From positions 258,337 to 322,336 of the forward strand of contig QOQU01000001.1 in NCBI GenBank assembly GCA_003327455.1: a stretch of 64,000 nt of DNA, in the 5' to 3' direction. The first letter of the stretch is position 1, and each line of letters starts with the position of its first letter. The translations under genes and the position numbers were made by a program. The notes below the pieces were generated by a model, which was not told the DNA's origin, ran no database searches, and worked only from the letters and a program-made list of their open reading frames with translations. This stretch comes from Anaerolineae bacterium. GTDB lineage: Bacteria; Chloroflexota; Anaerolineae; Anaerolineales; UBA4823. Of the stretch, positions 8,805 to 18,029 are shown one piece after another.

Positions 8805-9625
8805 CGCTTTGAATGCCCTGACGGGCGGTGGAGGACTCCACTGGGTGGGAAAGATGGAGGTCTGGATTGGTCTTAATGCCCTAACGGCGGACAAGGGGGA
8901 TTCGGATTTGTTCGGTCGGGACGAGCGAAGCCCAAGGGGCATCATTCGGGCTATTGCGTGCCCCTTCTACTGGGCTAGCAGGCGTCCCGCCTGCTGTTGC
9001 GCATCTCGCACGGCCCCTTCGGTCGGGACGACCGAAGCCCAGCAAGTGCCAGCGACGGGCGGACAAGGATTCGGACCCCAGATTTTCAAGTGCGACGGGC
9101 AACTTCACATTCGTTGTCCGTCTTAATGCCCTAACGGGCGGACAAGGATTCGGACCCCAGATTTTCAAGTGCGACGGGCAACTTCACATTCGTTGTCCGT
9201 CTTAATGCCCTAACGGGCGGACGAGGATTCGGACCCCAGATTTTCAAGTGCGACGGGCAACTTCACATTCGTTGTCCGTCTTAATGCCCTAACGGGCGGA
9301 CAAGGATTCGGACCCCAGATTTTCAAGTGCGACGGGCAACTTCACATTCGTTGTCCGTCTTAATGCCCTAACGGGCGGACAAGGATTCGGACCCATAACG
9401 GCAGTCGCTTTGAGTTCCGCACTGCCGGGCATGGGTCTTAATGCCCTAACGGGCGGACAAGGATTCGGGCTAAAGGGGGGTATGCAATACGTTTTTAACA
9501 AGGGGGTTATCGTGAGTCTTAATGCCCTAACGGGCGGACAAGGATTCGGGCAAATGAAGAGGTATCTGTTCTACCATTACGGAAAATGGTCTTAATGCCC
9601 TAACGGGCGGACAAGGATTCGGGCC
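8805..9625 (-). CRISPR. Orphan CRISPR array. It has 7 intact 36-nt repeats (9120, 9199, 9278, 9357, 9435, 9516, 9590), one 5'-truncated repeat (about 9055-9076) and two degenerate repeats (about 8805-8840, 8870-8906)
   Basis: Repeat GTCTTAATGCCCTAACGGGCGGACAAGGATTCGG(A/G)C with 38-45 nt spacers. Minus-strand reading ends ..GGGCATTAAGAC (ATTGAAAC-like handle), and the degenerate repeats lie at the left end, so a minus orientation with the leader at about 9626-9760 is proposed (orientation confidence about 0.5). No cas ORF in the window. Confidence 0.9.
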
Positions 9626-10106
9626 CCGATTGCTCTCTTTTTCACAAGCCCCACTTTGCCCCTGTTTTTTGCCTTTAATCTGCTTTATCCGACCCACTAG
9701 CAGGGGGTTTTTGTCCTTCTAGGGCTTGTTTTCTCCCACTTTTTAAGGTTCGAGGTCATTTTGCGTACCCCCCTGCCAATTTGAGCCATTTTTGCCCGTT
9801 TTTTAAGGGGGGATGCGCAAATTTCAGCCAGGGGTTATTATACCCGTTTTTCTGCCATCGGCAAGGTTTTTTTTGGAGGCGTTTTTTACCAGAAATGCGG
9901 GTAGGGGTAGCGGGAGCTTCAGCCCGTGCATAACTGCGACAACCTGAAAGCTGGGTTACGGAGGGACAGCTTAAAGGCTGTGTCACGATCCAGGCTGACG
10001 ACATGAATGTCGCCCTACAAGGAGCAGCGAAGCGGGAGCGCGGTATAATGCCCATGGGGTTCATCCCCAATAAAATTAACCCTGTTGCAAAGGTTATGGT
10101 ACCGCT

Positions 10107-10664
10107 TTGATTTCCGAATCCCTGGTGATTGCTTTTGGGCTGGCAATGGATGCTTTTGCAGTATCCTTGGGAATTGGGACCAGTCAAATCTCGTATAGCA
10201 CCCGTTCCAGACTGCGCCTGGCTTTCCACTTTGGAATCTTCCAGGCCGGTATGACTCTGATTGGATGGCTGGGAGGCACGACAATCGAGTCGCTGATTCG
10301 TGATTTCGACCACTGGGTCGCTTTTGCGCTGTTGGCTTACGTGGGAGGCAAAATGATTTGGGAAAGCCTTCACGATGACCCGGAGCGGTACTCCTCCGAC
10401 CCAACACGGGGTGGCTTGATGGTCTTGCTGTCGGTGGCGACCAGCATTGACGCTCTGGCGGTGGGTTTAAGCATGGCAATTCTCGGAGCGCCGGTCTTTA
10501 TTCCGTCGTTGTTTATTGGACTGGTGGCTTTTCTACTCTCGGCTATCGGGCTTTTTTGCGGCTGCTATTTTGGCGGACGTTTCGGGAAAAGGATGGAAAC
10601 CCTGGGAGGACTTCTGCTCATCGCGATTGGCATTCGAATTCTGTTCGAACACCTTTTTGTGTGA
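10107..10664 (+). CDS. mntP: Manganese efflux pump MntP
   Basis: LVIAFGLAMDAFAVSLGIG.. and second-half SIDALAVGLS repeat typical of MntP/YebN; 6 TM. TTG start as in the ORF track, so the exact start is uncertain. Confidence 0.85.
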   Translation: MISESLVIAFGLAMDAFAVSLGIGTSQISYSTRSRLRLAFHFGIFQAGMTLIGWLGGTTIESLIRDFDHWVAFALLAYVGGKMIWESLHDDPERYSSDPTRGGLMVLLSVATSIDALAVGLSMAILGAPVFIPSLFIGLVAFLLSAIGLFCGCYFGGRFGKRMETLGGLLLIAIGIRILFEHLFV

Positions 10665-10738
10665 TCTGTAACTTTTTTGCACTTACCGCATCTAAAAAAT
10701 CGGATAATTGTTCTGATTTTCTTGTTTGGAGGTGGCTG

Positions 10739-10945
10739 ATGTCCTTTGTAAACGAGGCCGGTTGGGATCGTATTTTGCGAGTGGTGGTTGGGATTGCTCT
10801 GCTATACCTTGGGTGGAGCGGTCTTGTCGGCGGCGGCTTGGGGAGTGTTTTGAAGGTTCTGGGTTTCGTCCCCTTGTTCACCGGGCTGATCGGGTGGTGC
10901 CCCTTATATTCCCTGCTTAAAATCCGCACCAACCAATCTCAATAG
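10739..10945 (+). CDS. DUF2892 (YgaP C-terminal-like) small membrane protein (start moved to the ATG at 10739 after GGAGG)
   Basis: WDRILRVVVGIALLYLGW...FTGLIGWCPLYSLLKI signature. Confidence 0.7.
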   Translation: MSFVNEAGWDRILRVVVGIALLYLGWSGLVGGGLGSVLKVLGFVPLFTGLIGWCPLYSLLKIRTNQSQ

Positions 10946-11461
10946 ATGGACCTGCAAAGCTTTCGAGAATTCGTGCGCACGCATCCCCGCCCATTCGTCG
11001 TTGACGTTTGGGCGGGCTGGTGCATGCCCTGTCGGGCGATGGAGCCTGCCCTTAAGCGGGTCGAACAGCAGTTCGCCGGGCAGGTTGATCTGCTGCGCCT
11101 GGACGCCGACCAATCCTCAGAAGTGCTCTCGGCGTTACGCGTTTATGGGATTCCCACCCTGCTCGCCTATCACGGAGGTCAGGAGGTCGCCCGTCAAACT
11201 GGCGCCCAGAGTGAGGCCGGGATTCGCCGCCTGTTTGAAGCCGCCCTGGTCGGGCAGGTCTCAGGTCCAGCCCCCCTCAGCCCGGTCGAACGCACCGTGC
11301 GCCTGGTGGCTGGAATTGGTTTGATTGGGCTGGGGCTCACCCAGAGCAGCGGGTGGATCTGGATCGGGTTGGGTGCGCTGGTGAGCTTTACGGCTGTCTA
11401 TGATCGCTGCCCGATCTGGCGCGCCGTGACGGGCTGGCTCAAACGCCGCCTGGCGAATTGA
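10946..11461 (+). CDS. Thioredoxin-domain protein fused to a C-terminal DUF2892 membrane domain
   Basis: WAGWCMPC active-site motif plus GIPT cis-Pro loop; C-terminal RLVAGIGLIGLG..AVYDRCPIWRAV DUF2892 pattern. The ATG directly abuts the upstream stop. Confidence 0.75.
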   Translation: MDLQSFREFVRTHPRPFVVDVWAGWCMPCRAMEPALKRVEQQFAGQVDLLRLDADQSSEVLSALRVYGIPTLLAYHGGQEVARQTGAQSEAGIRRLFEAALVGQVSGPAPLSPVERTVRLVAGIGLIGLGLTQSSGWIWIGLGALVSFTAVYDRCPIWRAVTGWLKRRLAN

Positions 11462-11479
11462 CCTGCGCCGCAGTGAAAA

Positions 11480-11968
11480 TTAGAACTTATAACCGATCTT
11501 GCGCAGAAAGTCTTTGCGCCAGGCAATCTCTTCTTCGCCTTCGATGCCCTTTGGCGGGAAACCGTCGATAACGCCCAAAATGCCACGCCCCTGTTCTGTC
11601 TCCGCCACCAGCACCTCGACCGGATTGGCTGTGGCGCAGAAGATGCGACAGACCTCAGGAATCATTTTGATCGTATTCAACACATTGATTGGGAAATAGC
11701 CCTGACCGAGGAAAAGAATGAAAGAATGTCCGGCGGCGATCGCCAGGGCGTTCTTGTGTGCCAGTTCGATCATCGCTGCATCGGTGCCTGTCCAGCGCAC
11801 CAGACACTTGCCCGAAGCCTCGCAGAACGCCAATCCAAAGCGGATGCCTGGCACAGTGCTGACCAGGGCTTCGTGGATGTCTTCCACCGTTTTGATAAAA
11901 TGGCTTTGCCCCAGAATGAAATTGATCTCTTCTGGTTTTTCAATCTTCACCGTGAGAATGTTTGCCAT
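11480..11968 (-). CDS. Adenosine-specific kinase family protein (PF04008-like)
   Basis: [43 protein letters not shown] matches my recollection of this roughly 160-aa family. Confidence 0.55.
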   Translation of the reverse strand: MANILTVKIEKPEEINFILGQSHFIKTVEDIHEALVSTVPGIRFGLAFCEASGKCLVRWTGTDAAMIELAHKNALAIAAGHSFILFLGQGYFPINVLNTIKMIPEVCRIFCATANPVEVLVAETEQGRGILGVIDGFPPKGIEGEEEIAWRKDFLRKIGYKF

Positions 11969-12068
11969 CTTAAACCTCCAGTTCGCTCAAGCAAGAGATA
12001 AGCAAGCTCAGCTTTGGTTTGATTTTATCCGTTTCCACCCTGATTCTCAATAACCAATTCAACAGATT

Positions 12069-13772
12069 TCACGGCACGTAAACGGGCAAAGTCAACACCT
12101 GATAGCTTTCGCCAACGCGCCGGACGATAAAGTCAAACTGACTGAGCGGCGGAAAATCTTCGACTTCTTCTCCACAACAGGGACCTAGAACGAACAACGA
12201 CCCATCCGGGTTTTGCAGTTCGACCGTAAAACGGAACTCATCCGCCGAGATCTGCGCTGCCTGCACCCAGTTTTTCACCGTCAGGTTACAGACAAAGCCA
12301 TTCTGCTGACAGGCTCTTGTCCACAGGGTGAGCGAATCATCAGCCTTAACGTCCGGGTTCATCTCCATCAGCCATTGATAATCACCGCCGTAAAGGCTGA
12401 CCACCTGCGAATAATCCCCCTTGTTCAGGGCATCCAGATAGGCGATCAGGGTCTGTCTGGCTGCTTGGGTTGCGGCGGGGTCCTGCACCTGGCGAGCCTG
12501 GTCGGCAAGCTCTTGCACCAACTGCAGAATGCCCTCTTGTTCCTCCTGGCTGGCTGTTTGCTGCCCTATGCCATTGAAGACAAGCCGCAAGATCATGCCA
12601 TCGGCGGCGCCCGAATCACCCTGATTGATCTCAAACGGCAGGTAAGTATCCAGCCAGCGAAAGACCTCCTGCATTTGCGCGGCGGTAAGATATACCTTCT
12701 GGACGCCGAGTTGTTGCGCAGGACGGCAAGAACTGATTTCAACTCTGCCAGTTCGAGAAATCACCATGTCCTCACAAAACCCTGCCAGACCGCCCTCGCG
12801 GTGAAAGGCAAGCACGGCGGCGGGCTTCATTCCTGCTTGAGGGTCGTGCTCCATCCAGACCTGACGCGCCCATTCGGCAAGCATTCGCTGCTCGGCTGGC
12901 GTGGCGGTGACTGCACCACGCCCTTGAAAGCTAAGCCATCCGGCCGGCGTTTGTGCTTCAAACGGGGCATAGGTTTGGACGAATCTCTCGATTTCCTGGC
13001 GCACTTCTCGCCCGACCAGAGGAACTGAAATCAAAGGCTGGTCGCAGACGCCATAAGACAGGGCTTCTTCACCGAGAACGACGGTTTGACAAAGGCCTCC
13101 TTCGTCTCCCTGCCAGCGCAAGAGCGGCGCGCCGCCTTCCAGATTGGGTTGCAGGGCTAAGCGAACATCGCTGCCGCTCAGATCGGTATGGAATTCATAG
13201 CGCTTTCCCTGCGCTTCGAGCAGGACGCGAAACCCAGGGGTAATCACCTGAGCGCACATCAGCCCGGCGCTCTGGATGCCAAGACAGGCATCTGGCCACT
13301 CCACCTTTTCAACATTGAGAATGCGAACCTCTTCCGGCGAGATGCCCAGCCGGGCCGCCAGCACCTGTTGGGCAGAGAGAGCAGCACCTGGTAAGAATCG
13401 CACGATGGAGCCATCTTCGCTCACCCGAAATTCGTATTGCAGTCCCTCTCCCAGGAGAATACCCTGATAGCCCGGCACGATCAGCTCAGCACAGGCTTCG
13501 CCCTCTTGCTCTAACCCCAAACAGCTATTGGGGAACTGGCGCGCTTCTACCGAAAACACCTCCAGTTGTTCAACCGCCACACCAAGTTGTTGGGCTAAGG
13601 TTTGACGGGCAGCCTGTACAGCCGGAATTGAAACAGAGACCGTTGCCGACGGCGGTTGGGAGGGAGGTACTTCTCCCAGGTTGGGCGTCGGTGCAGCGCT
13701 GGGGGTACAGGCAACGGTGAAAGCGGTGAAAATCAGGACAATCATGAACCAAAAGGGACGCGGGCAATTCAT
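12069..13772 (-). CDS. Putative lipoprotein with two copies of a roughly 75-aa Cys-pair domain, unknown function (start moved to MNCPRPF)
   Basis: Signal/lipobox FTAFTVAC. Internal repeat ..FPNSCLGLEQEGEACAELIVPGYQ..YEFR / ..WPDACLGIQSAGLMCAQVITPGFR..YEFH. Confidence 0.6.
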   Translation of the reverse strand: MNCPRPFWFMIVLIFTAFTVACTPSAAPTPNLGEVPPSQPPSATVSVSIPAVQAARQTLAQQLGVAVEQLEVFSVEARQFPNSCLGLEQEGEACAELIVPGYQGILLGEGLQYEFRVSEDGSIVRFLPGAALSAQQVLAARLGISPEEVRILNVEKVEWPDACLGIQSAGLMCAQVITPGFRVLLEAQGKRYEFHTDLSGSDVRLALQPNLEGGAPLLRWQGDEGGLCQTVVLGEEALSYGVCDQPLISVPLVGREVRQEIERFVQTYAPFEAQTPAGWLSFQGRGAVTATPAEQRMLAEWARQVWMEHDPQAGMKPAAVLAFHREGGLAGFCEDMVISRTGRVEISSCRPAQQLGVQKVYLTAAQMQEVFRWLDTYLPFEINQGDSGAADGMILRLVFNGIGQQTASQEEQEGILQLVQELADQARQVQDPAATQAARQTLIAYLDALNKGDYSQVVSLYGGDYQWLMEMNPDVKADDSLTLWTRACQQNGFVCNLTVKNWVQAAQISADEFRFTVELQNPDGSLFVLGPCCGEEVEDFPPLSQFDFIVRRVGESYQVLTLPVYVP

Positions 13773-13973
13773 TTTCTGGCTCCTTCTGCTTTCGTTCGTA
13801 GTCTTTGGATCGAGCAACGTTGCTCTTCAAACAAAGGCTCTGGTTTGAAAACGCTTTTCGGAAGGCTTTTGTTCCGAATCCATAACCGGAGGGTAGGCGA
13901 CCTCCACCCCAATCATAACCGGTTTATGAACAATTGCCAAATTATCCGAACGATCTTTGATCCTGTATGGAAG

Positions 13974-14921
13974 TTAACTGCATTTGTCCCCAGACTCGCG
14001 GCAGACGCTGGATTTTTCGAATGCAGAGAGGCTTGCTCGCTGACGGAAGACATCGTAGTCATTGGCTTCGATCTTATCCAAAATGGCGCGATAGACATCC
14101 AGAGCCACCGCAATGGCAAAGCGCCCATCCGGGCTGAGCATACGGATGCCAGGCCAGGCTTCTGCGTACAGTTGGCGGGCGCGGTTAATTTGAAAACGCA
14201 TAAACTGCCGCCAACGCTCGGTGACCTGCCCGGCGAAAATGTGGCTCTCATCTAAGCCGAAAGAATCCAGTTCTTGCAGGGGGAGGTATATGCGCCCGTT
14301 GTGATAATCTTCCCCGACATCGCGCAAAATGTTGGTCAATTGCAGGGCAACCCCTAATTTGATGGCGTAGGGGATGGCGTCCTGACCCTGATAGCCGATG
14401 ATGTGCATGCTCATCAAGCCCACCGTAGAAGCCACCGAATAGCAGTAGGTTGCCAGTTGATCAAAGGTCTGATAGCGATGCTGTTCCATATCGCGAGCCA
14501 CACCATCGATTAACTGCAAGGCATAATGGCGCGGAATGTGATAGCGTTGTAAGGTGTCTCCCCAGGCGATAACCACCGGGTCATCTGTCTCGACGGAGGG
14601 ATGGGACACGATTTGGCGCCAGCTCTGCAGGGCGTGATGCGGATCGCAGCCATCTTTGCCCACATCAACAATATCGTCCACCGTGCGACAAAAGGCATAC
14701 AGGGCACGCACCGCCCGCCGCTTTGGCGCAGGTAAAAAGGCAGAGGCAAAATAAAAGGACTTGCTATAGCGAGCCGTGATGAGGGCAGCATGACGATAGG
14801 CTTGATGCAGTTGTTCGCTATTTTCCCCAGCCACAGCCGCAGCGGGAGGAGAAGCAGGATTGGCTTGAAAAGCCAGAGAGAGCAGTCGGTCTTCCCAGTT
14901 TGCTTCCATTATCCTTCCCAA
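13974..14921 (-). CDS. crtB: Phytoene synthase
   Basis: Squalene/phytoene synthase motifs YCYSVASTVGLMS and NILRDVGEDYHNGRIYLP; DDIVD Asp-rich motif. Confidence 0.9.
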   Translation of the reverse strand: MGRIMEANWEDRLLSLAFQANPASPPAAAVAGENSEQLHQAYRHAALITARYSKSFYFASAFLPAPKRRAVRALYAFCRTVDDIVDVGKDGCDPHHALQSWRQIVSHPSVETDDPVVIAWGDTLQRYHIPRHYALQLIDGVARDMEQHRYQTFDQLATYCYSVASTVGLMSMHIIGYQGQDAIPYAIKLGVALQLTNILRDVGEDYHNGRIYLPLQELDSFGLDESHIFAGQVTERWRQFMRFQINRARQLYAEAWPGIRMLSPDGRFAIAVALDVYRAILDKIEANDYDVFRQRASLSAFEKSSVCRESGDKCS

Positions 14922-14942
14922 AACCTTAGAGATATTACCTGT

Positions 14943-14970
14943 ATTCTACACAAATTATCTAATTTGTCAA
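14943..14970 (-). promoter_or_regulatory. crtB promoter (TTGACA-16-TAGAAT on the minus strand) containing a perfect palindrome ACAAATTA-tc-TAATTTGT (14950-14967)
   Basis: Read directly: -35 = 14965-14970, -10 = 14943-14948. The palindrome occupies the spacer and -35. Confidence 0.6.
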
Positions 14971-15000
14971 TAAAAAAACGGAAAAAATCTGGAAGAAATC

Positions 15001-15028
15001 TTGACAGTTTATAGATTTTGACTATAAT
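15001..15028 (+). promoter_or_regulatory. crtI-operon promoter (TTGACA-16-TATAAT) with a degenerate copy of the crtB-promoter palindrome in the spacer (15004-15021, ACAgtTTATagAtTTTGa)
   Basis: Read directly; 12/18 positions are identical to the 14950-14967 site. Confidence 0.55.
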
Positions 15029-15154
15029 AAGAATGGCTGGGACGTCGTGAGCATCGTTGCATCCCATCCTGCTACCCAAAAGCCATCTCGCCCCAAGACG
15101 TCCCACGCCAGATTTCTCTTTCGAGAACCCGACCGGTATGTTATAAGGAGTATT

Positions 15155-16690
15155 ATGAAGCCTACAGTATTGATCATTGGCGCAGGCATCGGTGGCATTG
15201 CAGCAGCAGCTCGCCTGGCAAAAAACGGTTTCCAGGTTACCGTAGTAGAAAAAAATGACCAGCCAGGCGGTCGGTGTGGGCAATTCAGCCGCGATGGGCA
15301 TCGCTTTGACATTGGCCCAACCCTTTTCCTGATGCCGGAAGTCTGGGATGAGACGTTTACTGCCCTCGGTGAGCGCATGAGCGATCACCTCGATTTGCGC
15401 CGCATCGATCCGACCTACAAAGTCCACTTTGAAGATGGCTTGCAGATAGCCCTCACTTCCAATCTGGGGGCGATGCAGACCCAATTAGAACGCGTCGAGA
15501 AGACCGCCTTTACCGGCTTCCTGCACTATATTGCTGAAGGCAGCAAACACTATAAAATTTCACTGGAGAGGTTTGTCGGGCGCAATTTCTACAGCCTGCT
15601 GGAGTATTTTTCACCGGCAAATCTCCCTCTGCTCTTTCAACTCAAGGCACTGGTCAAGCATTATGATAATGTCGGCAAATACTTCACCGACCCGCGTCTC
15701 AAAGCAGCCTTTACCTTTCAGAATATGTACCTGGGTTTGAGCCCCTATGATGCCCCGGCAACCTATTCCCTGCTGCAATACACCGAACTTGCCGAAGGGG
15801 TCTGGTATCCTATCGGTGGTATGTACGCCCCGATTCAGGCGCTGACCGCCATCGCAGAGAAACTGGGGGTACAGTTTGTCTATCATGCCGAAGTAACCCG
15901 CATCGAAACCTCCAATGGAAAGGTAGAGCGGGTTCACCTCAAAGATGGACGTACATTGCAGGCTGATATCTATATCGGTAACGCCGACTTGCCATATATT
16001 TATAAAGAACTCTTGCCCGATCCAGACGCGGCGCGCAGGTTCGATAAGATGCTCTACACCTGCTCGACCATCATGTTTTACTGGGGCGTGGATAAAGCCT
16101 ATCCGCAAATCGCCTTACACAACGTTTTCCTGAGCGGCGACTATAAGGCATCCTTCGATCGCATTTTCAAGGATCACACCCTGCCGGATACCCCTTCGTT
16201 CTACGTTCACGCGCCAACGCGAGTTGACCCTGCGGCTGCCCCGCCTGGTCAGGAAACGCTTTTTATCCTCGTGCCGGTTGGTCATCTCGATGAAAGTCGT
16301 CCGCAAGATTGGGAAGCGATGGTAAACCATGCTCGCCAAACCGTTTTCAACCGCCTTGCCAGAGAGATGAACGCCGCCGATTTGCCCGAACACATCAAAT
16401 TTGAAGTGGTGTACACAGCCCAGGACTGGAAGCAACGCTTCAATCTCGATAAGGGAGCAGCCTTCGGTCTCAGCCATAACTTCTGGCAGGTTGGCTATTT
16501 GCGACCCCAAAACCGGCATCGCCGTTATCGCAACCTGTACTTTGTCGGCGCTTCCACGCATCCGGGCACCGGCTTACCCATCGTCTTGCTCTCTGCCCGT
16601 CTGACTACGGAACGCATTCTGCGTGAGTGCAGCTTCTTATTCCAGACGAGGACAGACTCACAACCCCTTCAAACAGCGGTACCTTCATGA
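15155..16690 (+). CDS. crtI: Phytoene desaturase (start moved to MKPTVLIIGAG after AAGGAG)
   Basis: FAD fingerprint VLIIGAGIGGIAAAARLA; CrtI-family length; C-terminal FVGASTHPGTGLP motif. Confidence 0.9.
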   Translation: MKPTVLIIGAGIGGIAAAARLAKNGFQVTVVEKNDQPGGRCGQFSRDGHRFDIGPTLFLMPEVWDETFTALGERMSDHLDLRRIDPTYKVHFEDGLQIALTSNLGAMQTQLERVEKTAFTGFLHYIAEGSKHYKISLERFVGRNFYSLLEYFSPANLPLLFQLKALVKHYDNVGKYFTDPRLKAAFTFQNMYLGLSPYDAPATYSLLQYTELAEGVWYPIGGMYAPIQALTAIAEKLGVQFVYHAEVTRIETSNGKVERVHLKDGRTLQADIYIGNADLPYIYKELLPDPDAARRFDKMLYTCSTIMFYWGVDKAYPQIALHNVFLSGDYKASFDRIFKDHTLPDTPSFYVHAPTRVDPAAAPPGQETLFILVPVGHLDESRPQDWEAMVNHARQTVFNRLAREMNAADLPEHIKFEVVYTAQDWKQRFNLDKGAAFGLSHNFWQVGYLRPQNRHRRYRNLYFVGASTHPGTGLPIVLLSARLTTERILRECSFLFQTRTDSQPLQTAVPS

Positions 16691-17994
16691 CACCATTAAG
16701 CACAACTCCGGCGTTTAATCTCAAGGTAGTTCTCAAAGAAACCGGCATCCGCCCGGATACCCTGCGGGCATGGGAACGTCGGTATGGTTTACCCAAACCG
16801 CAGCGCTCAGCGGGAGGGCATCGTCTCTATTCTGAGCGCGACATCGAGACGATCAAGTGGTTGATGGCGCGCCAGGAGGAAGGGCTTTCCATCGCTCGCG
16901 CGGTTGACCTCTTGCGCAGTCAGATCGCCCAGGGGAACGACCCCCTCGAACACATCGAACCACCTCCATTGCAGCCCATAGCCACACCGGGTACGCTGGA
17001 AAGCATCCGTCAGGACTGGGTAGAAGCCTGCCTGGCTTTCGACGAAAAGCGGGCAGAAGGATTGCTCAATCAGGCTTTTGCTCTTTTCCCGCTCGAAACG
17101 GTCGTAACCGAGATACTCCAATATGCCATGATCCAGGTGGGGGAGCAGTGGTACCAAAACGACATTTCCGTCCAGCAGGAACATTTTGCCTCGGCGCTTG
17201 TCCAGCGGCGCTTAAATGCACTGATTGCTGCCTGTCCCCCGCCCACTCGCCCGGAAGTGATCTTAGTCGGCAATCCGCCCAGCGAGCAACATCTGATTCC
17301 GATCTTGATGTTGAATCTGTTTTTGCGTCGGCGCGGTTTTGGCGTCGTGGATATCGGCGCCAATGTGCCGGTTGCCAAATTTGATGAGACGGTGGAGCGG
17401 ATTAAGCCCCATCTGGTCGTTCTCAGCGCCCAACGTTTGAGCACGGTTGCTCCGATGATCGAGGTGATCCTCTCTCTGCATCCCCTGAAGACCCAGATTG
17501 CCTATGGAGGGCGCATTTTTAACCTTTTACCCCAATTGGTCGACCTGATACCGGCGCATTACCTGGGCAAGAGCCTGGATGAAGCAGTGCGCAACATCGA
17601 ACGCCTGCTCAGCCAGCGACCGCCTCTGCCACTTCCTTCAGCTAAGTTGCAAACGTACCAGCAGACAGCAGAGGTTTTTCGCCATCTCCGCCCACAAATC
17701 GAAGCGAAACTGTTTGAAGAGTTGAGCCCATACAACCTGCCCGAGGAATACCTCACCACTGCCATTGAAGACTTTGGCGATGTGCTTCACTCGGCTCTGG
17801 CAATTGGTGATCTGGATGCCATTCATCCAGAACTGGAGTGGCTGCGCGGCTTGCTTCATCAACATCATCTCCCCGACGGCATTCTCGCCCCGTTCTTAAT
17901 GGCATACGCACAGGCGGTGCGTTCGATGGAGGTAGCCCAACTGACGCCCCTGGTGGAGTGGTTAAAAACAACCGCTGAAAGAGTTGTGGCATAG
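16687..17994 (+). CDS. MerR-family regulator with a B12-binding domain (CarH/LitR-like) and an extra C-terminal region of about 120 aa
   Basis: MerR HTH (LKETGIRPDTLRAWERRYGLPKPQRSAGGHRLYSERDI); B12-binding fold (ILVGNPPSEQHLIPILMLNLFLRRRGFGVVDIG..VVLSAQRL..YGGRIF). The ATG overlaps the crtI stop (ATGA). Confidence 0.8.
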   Translation: MTPLSTTPAFNLKVVLKETGIRPDTLRAWERRYGLPKPQRSAGGHRLYSERDIETIKWLMARQEEGLSIARAVDLLRSQIAQGNDPLEHIEPPPLQPIATPGTLESIRQDWVEACLAFDEKRAEGLLNQAFALFPLETVVTEILQYAMIQVGEQWYQNDISVQQEHFASALVQRRLNALIAACPPPTRPEVILVGNPPSEQHLIPILMLNLFLRRRGFGVVDIGANVPVAKFDETVERIKPHLVVLSAQRLSTVAPMIEVILSLHPLKTQIAYGGRIFNLLPQLVDLIPAHYLGKSLDEAVRNIERLLSQRPPLPLPSAKLQTYQQTAEVFRHLRPQIEAKLFEELSPYNLPEEYLTTAIEDFGDVLHSALAIGDLDAIHPELEWLRGLLHQHHLPDGILAPFLMAYAQAVRSMEVAQLTPLVEWLKTTAERVVA

Positions 17995-18029
17995 GTCAGC
18001 CTGAGATTGTCTTCCAGAACGGGTAGCAC

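Noticed and set aside
9900-10106. Possible yybP-ykoY (Mn2+) riboswitch upstream of mntP. GUAGGGGUAGCGGG at 9901 can pair with CCCUAC at 10013, and there is a CGACAUgaAUGUCG hairpin
   Set aside because: The conserved GGGGAGUAG and UUGACA/AGCAAGAC loop motifs that I remember for RF00080 are not present (GGGGUAGCG lacks two nt and the 3' motif is missing). A TATAAT at 10046-10051 would also start transcription downstream of the putative aptamer. A cmscan would be needed to revive this.
9756-10479. Minus-strand ORFs 9756..10373 and 10015..10479 adjacent to the CRISPR array, which might have been cas remnants
   Set aside because: They overlap the well-supported mntP on the opposite strand, have no recognisable motifs and show atypical Arg/Ser/Pro-rich composition. 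They are judged spurious.
12213-13028. 271-aa plus-strand ORF and other long antisense ORFs inside 12069-13817, 3497-3859, 2864-3364, 39811-40452, 34049-34795 and 36668-37201
   Set aside because: Each lies antisense to a gene with clear family motifs. High GC keeps antisense frames open, and there is no independent support.
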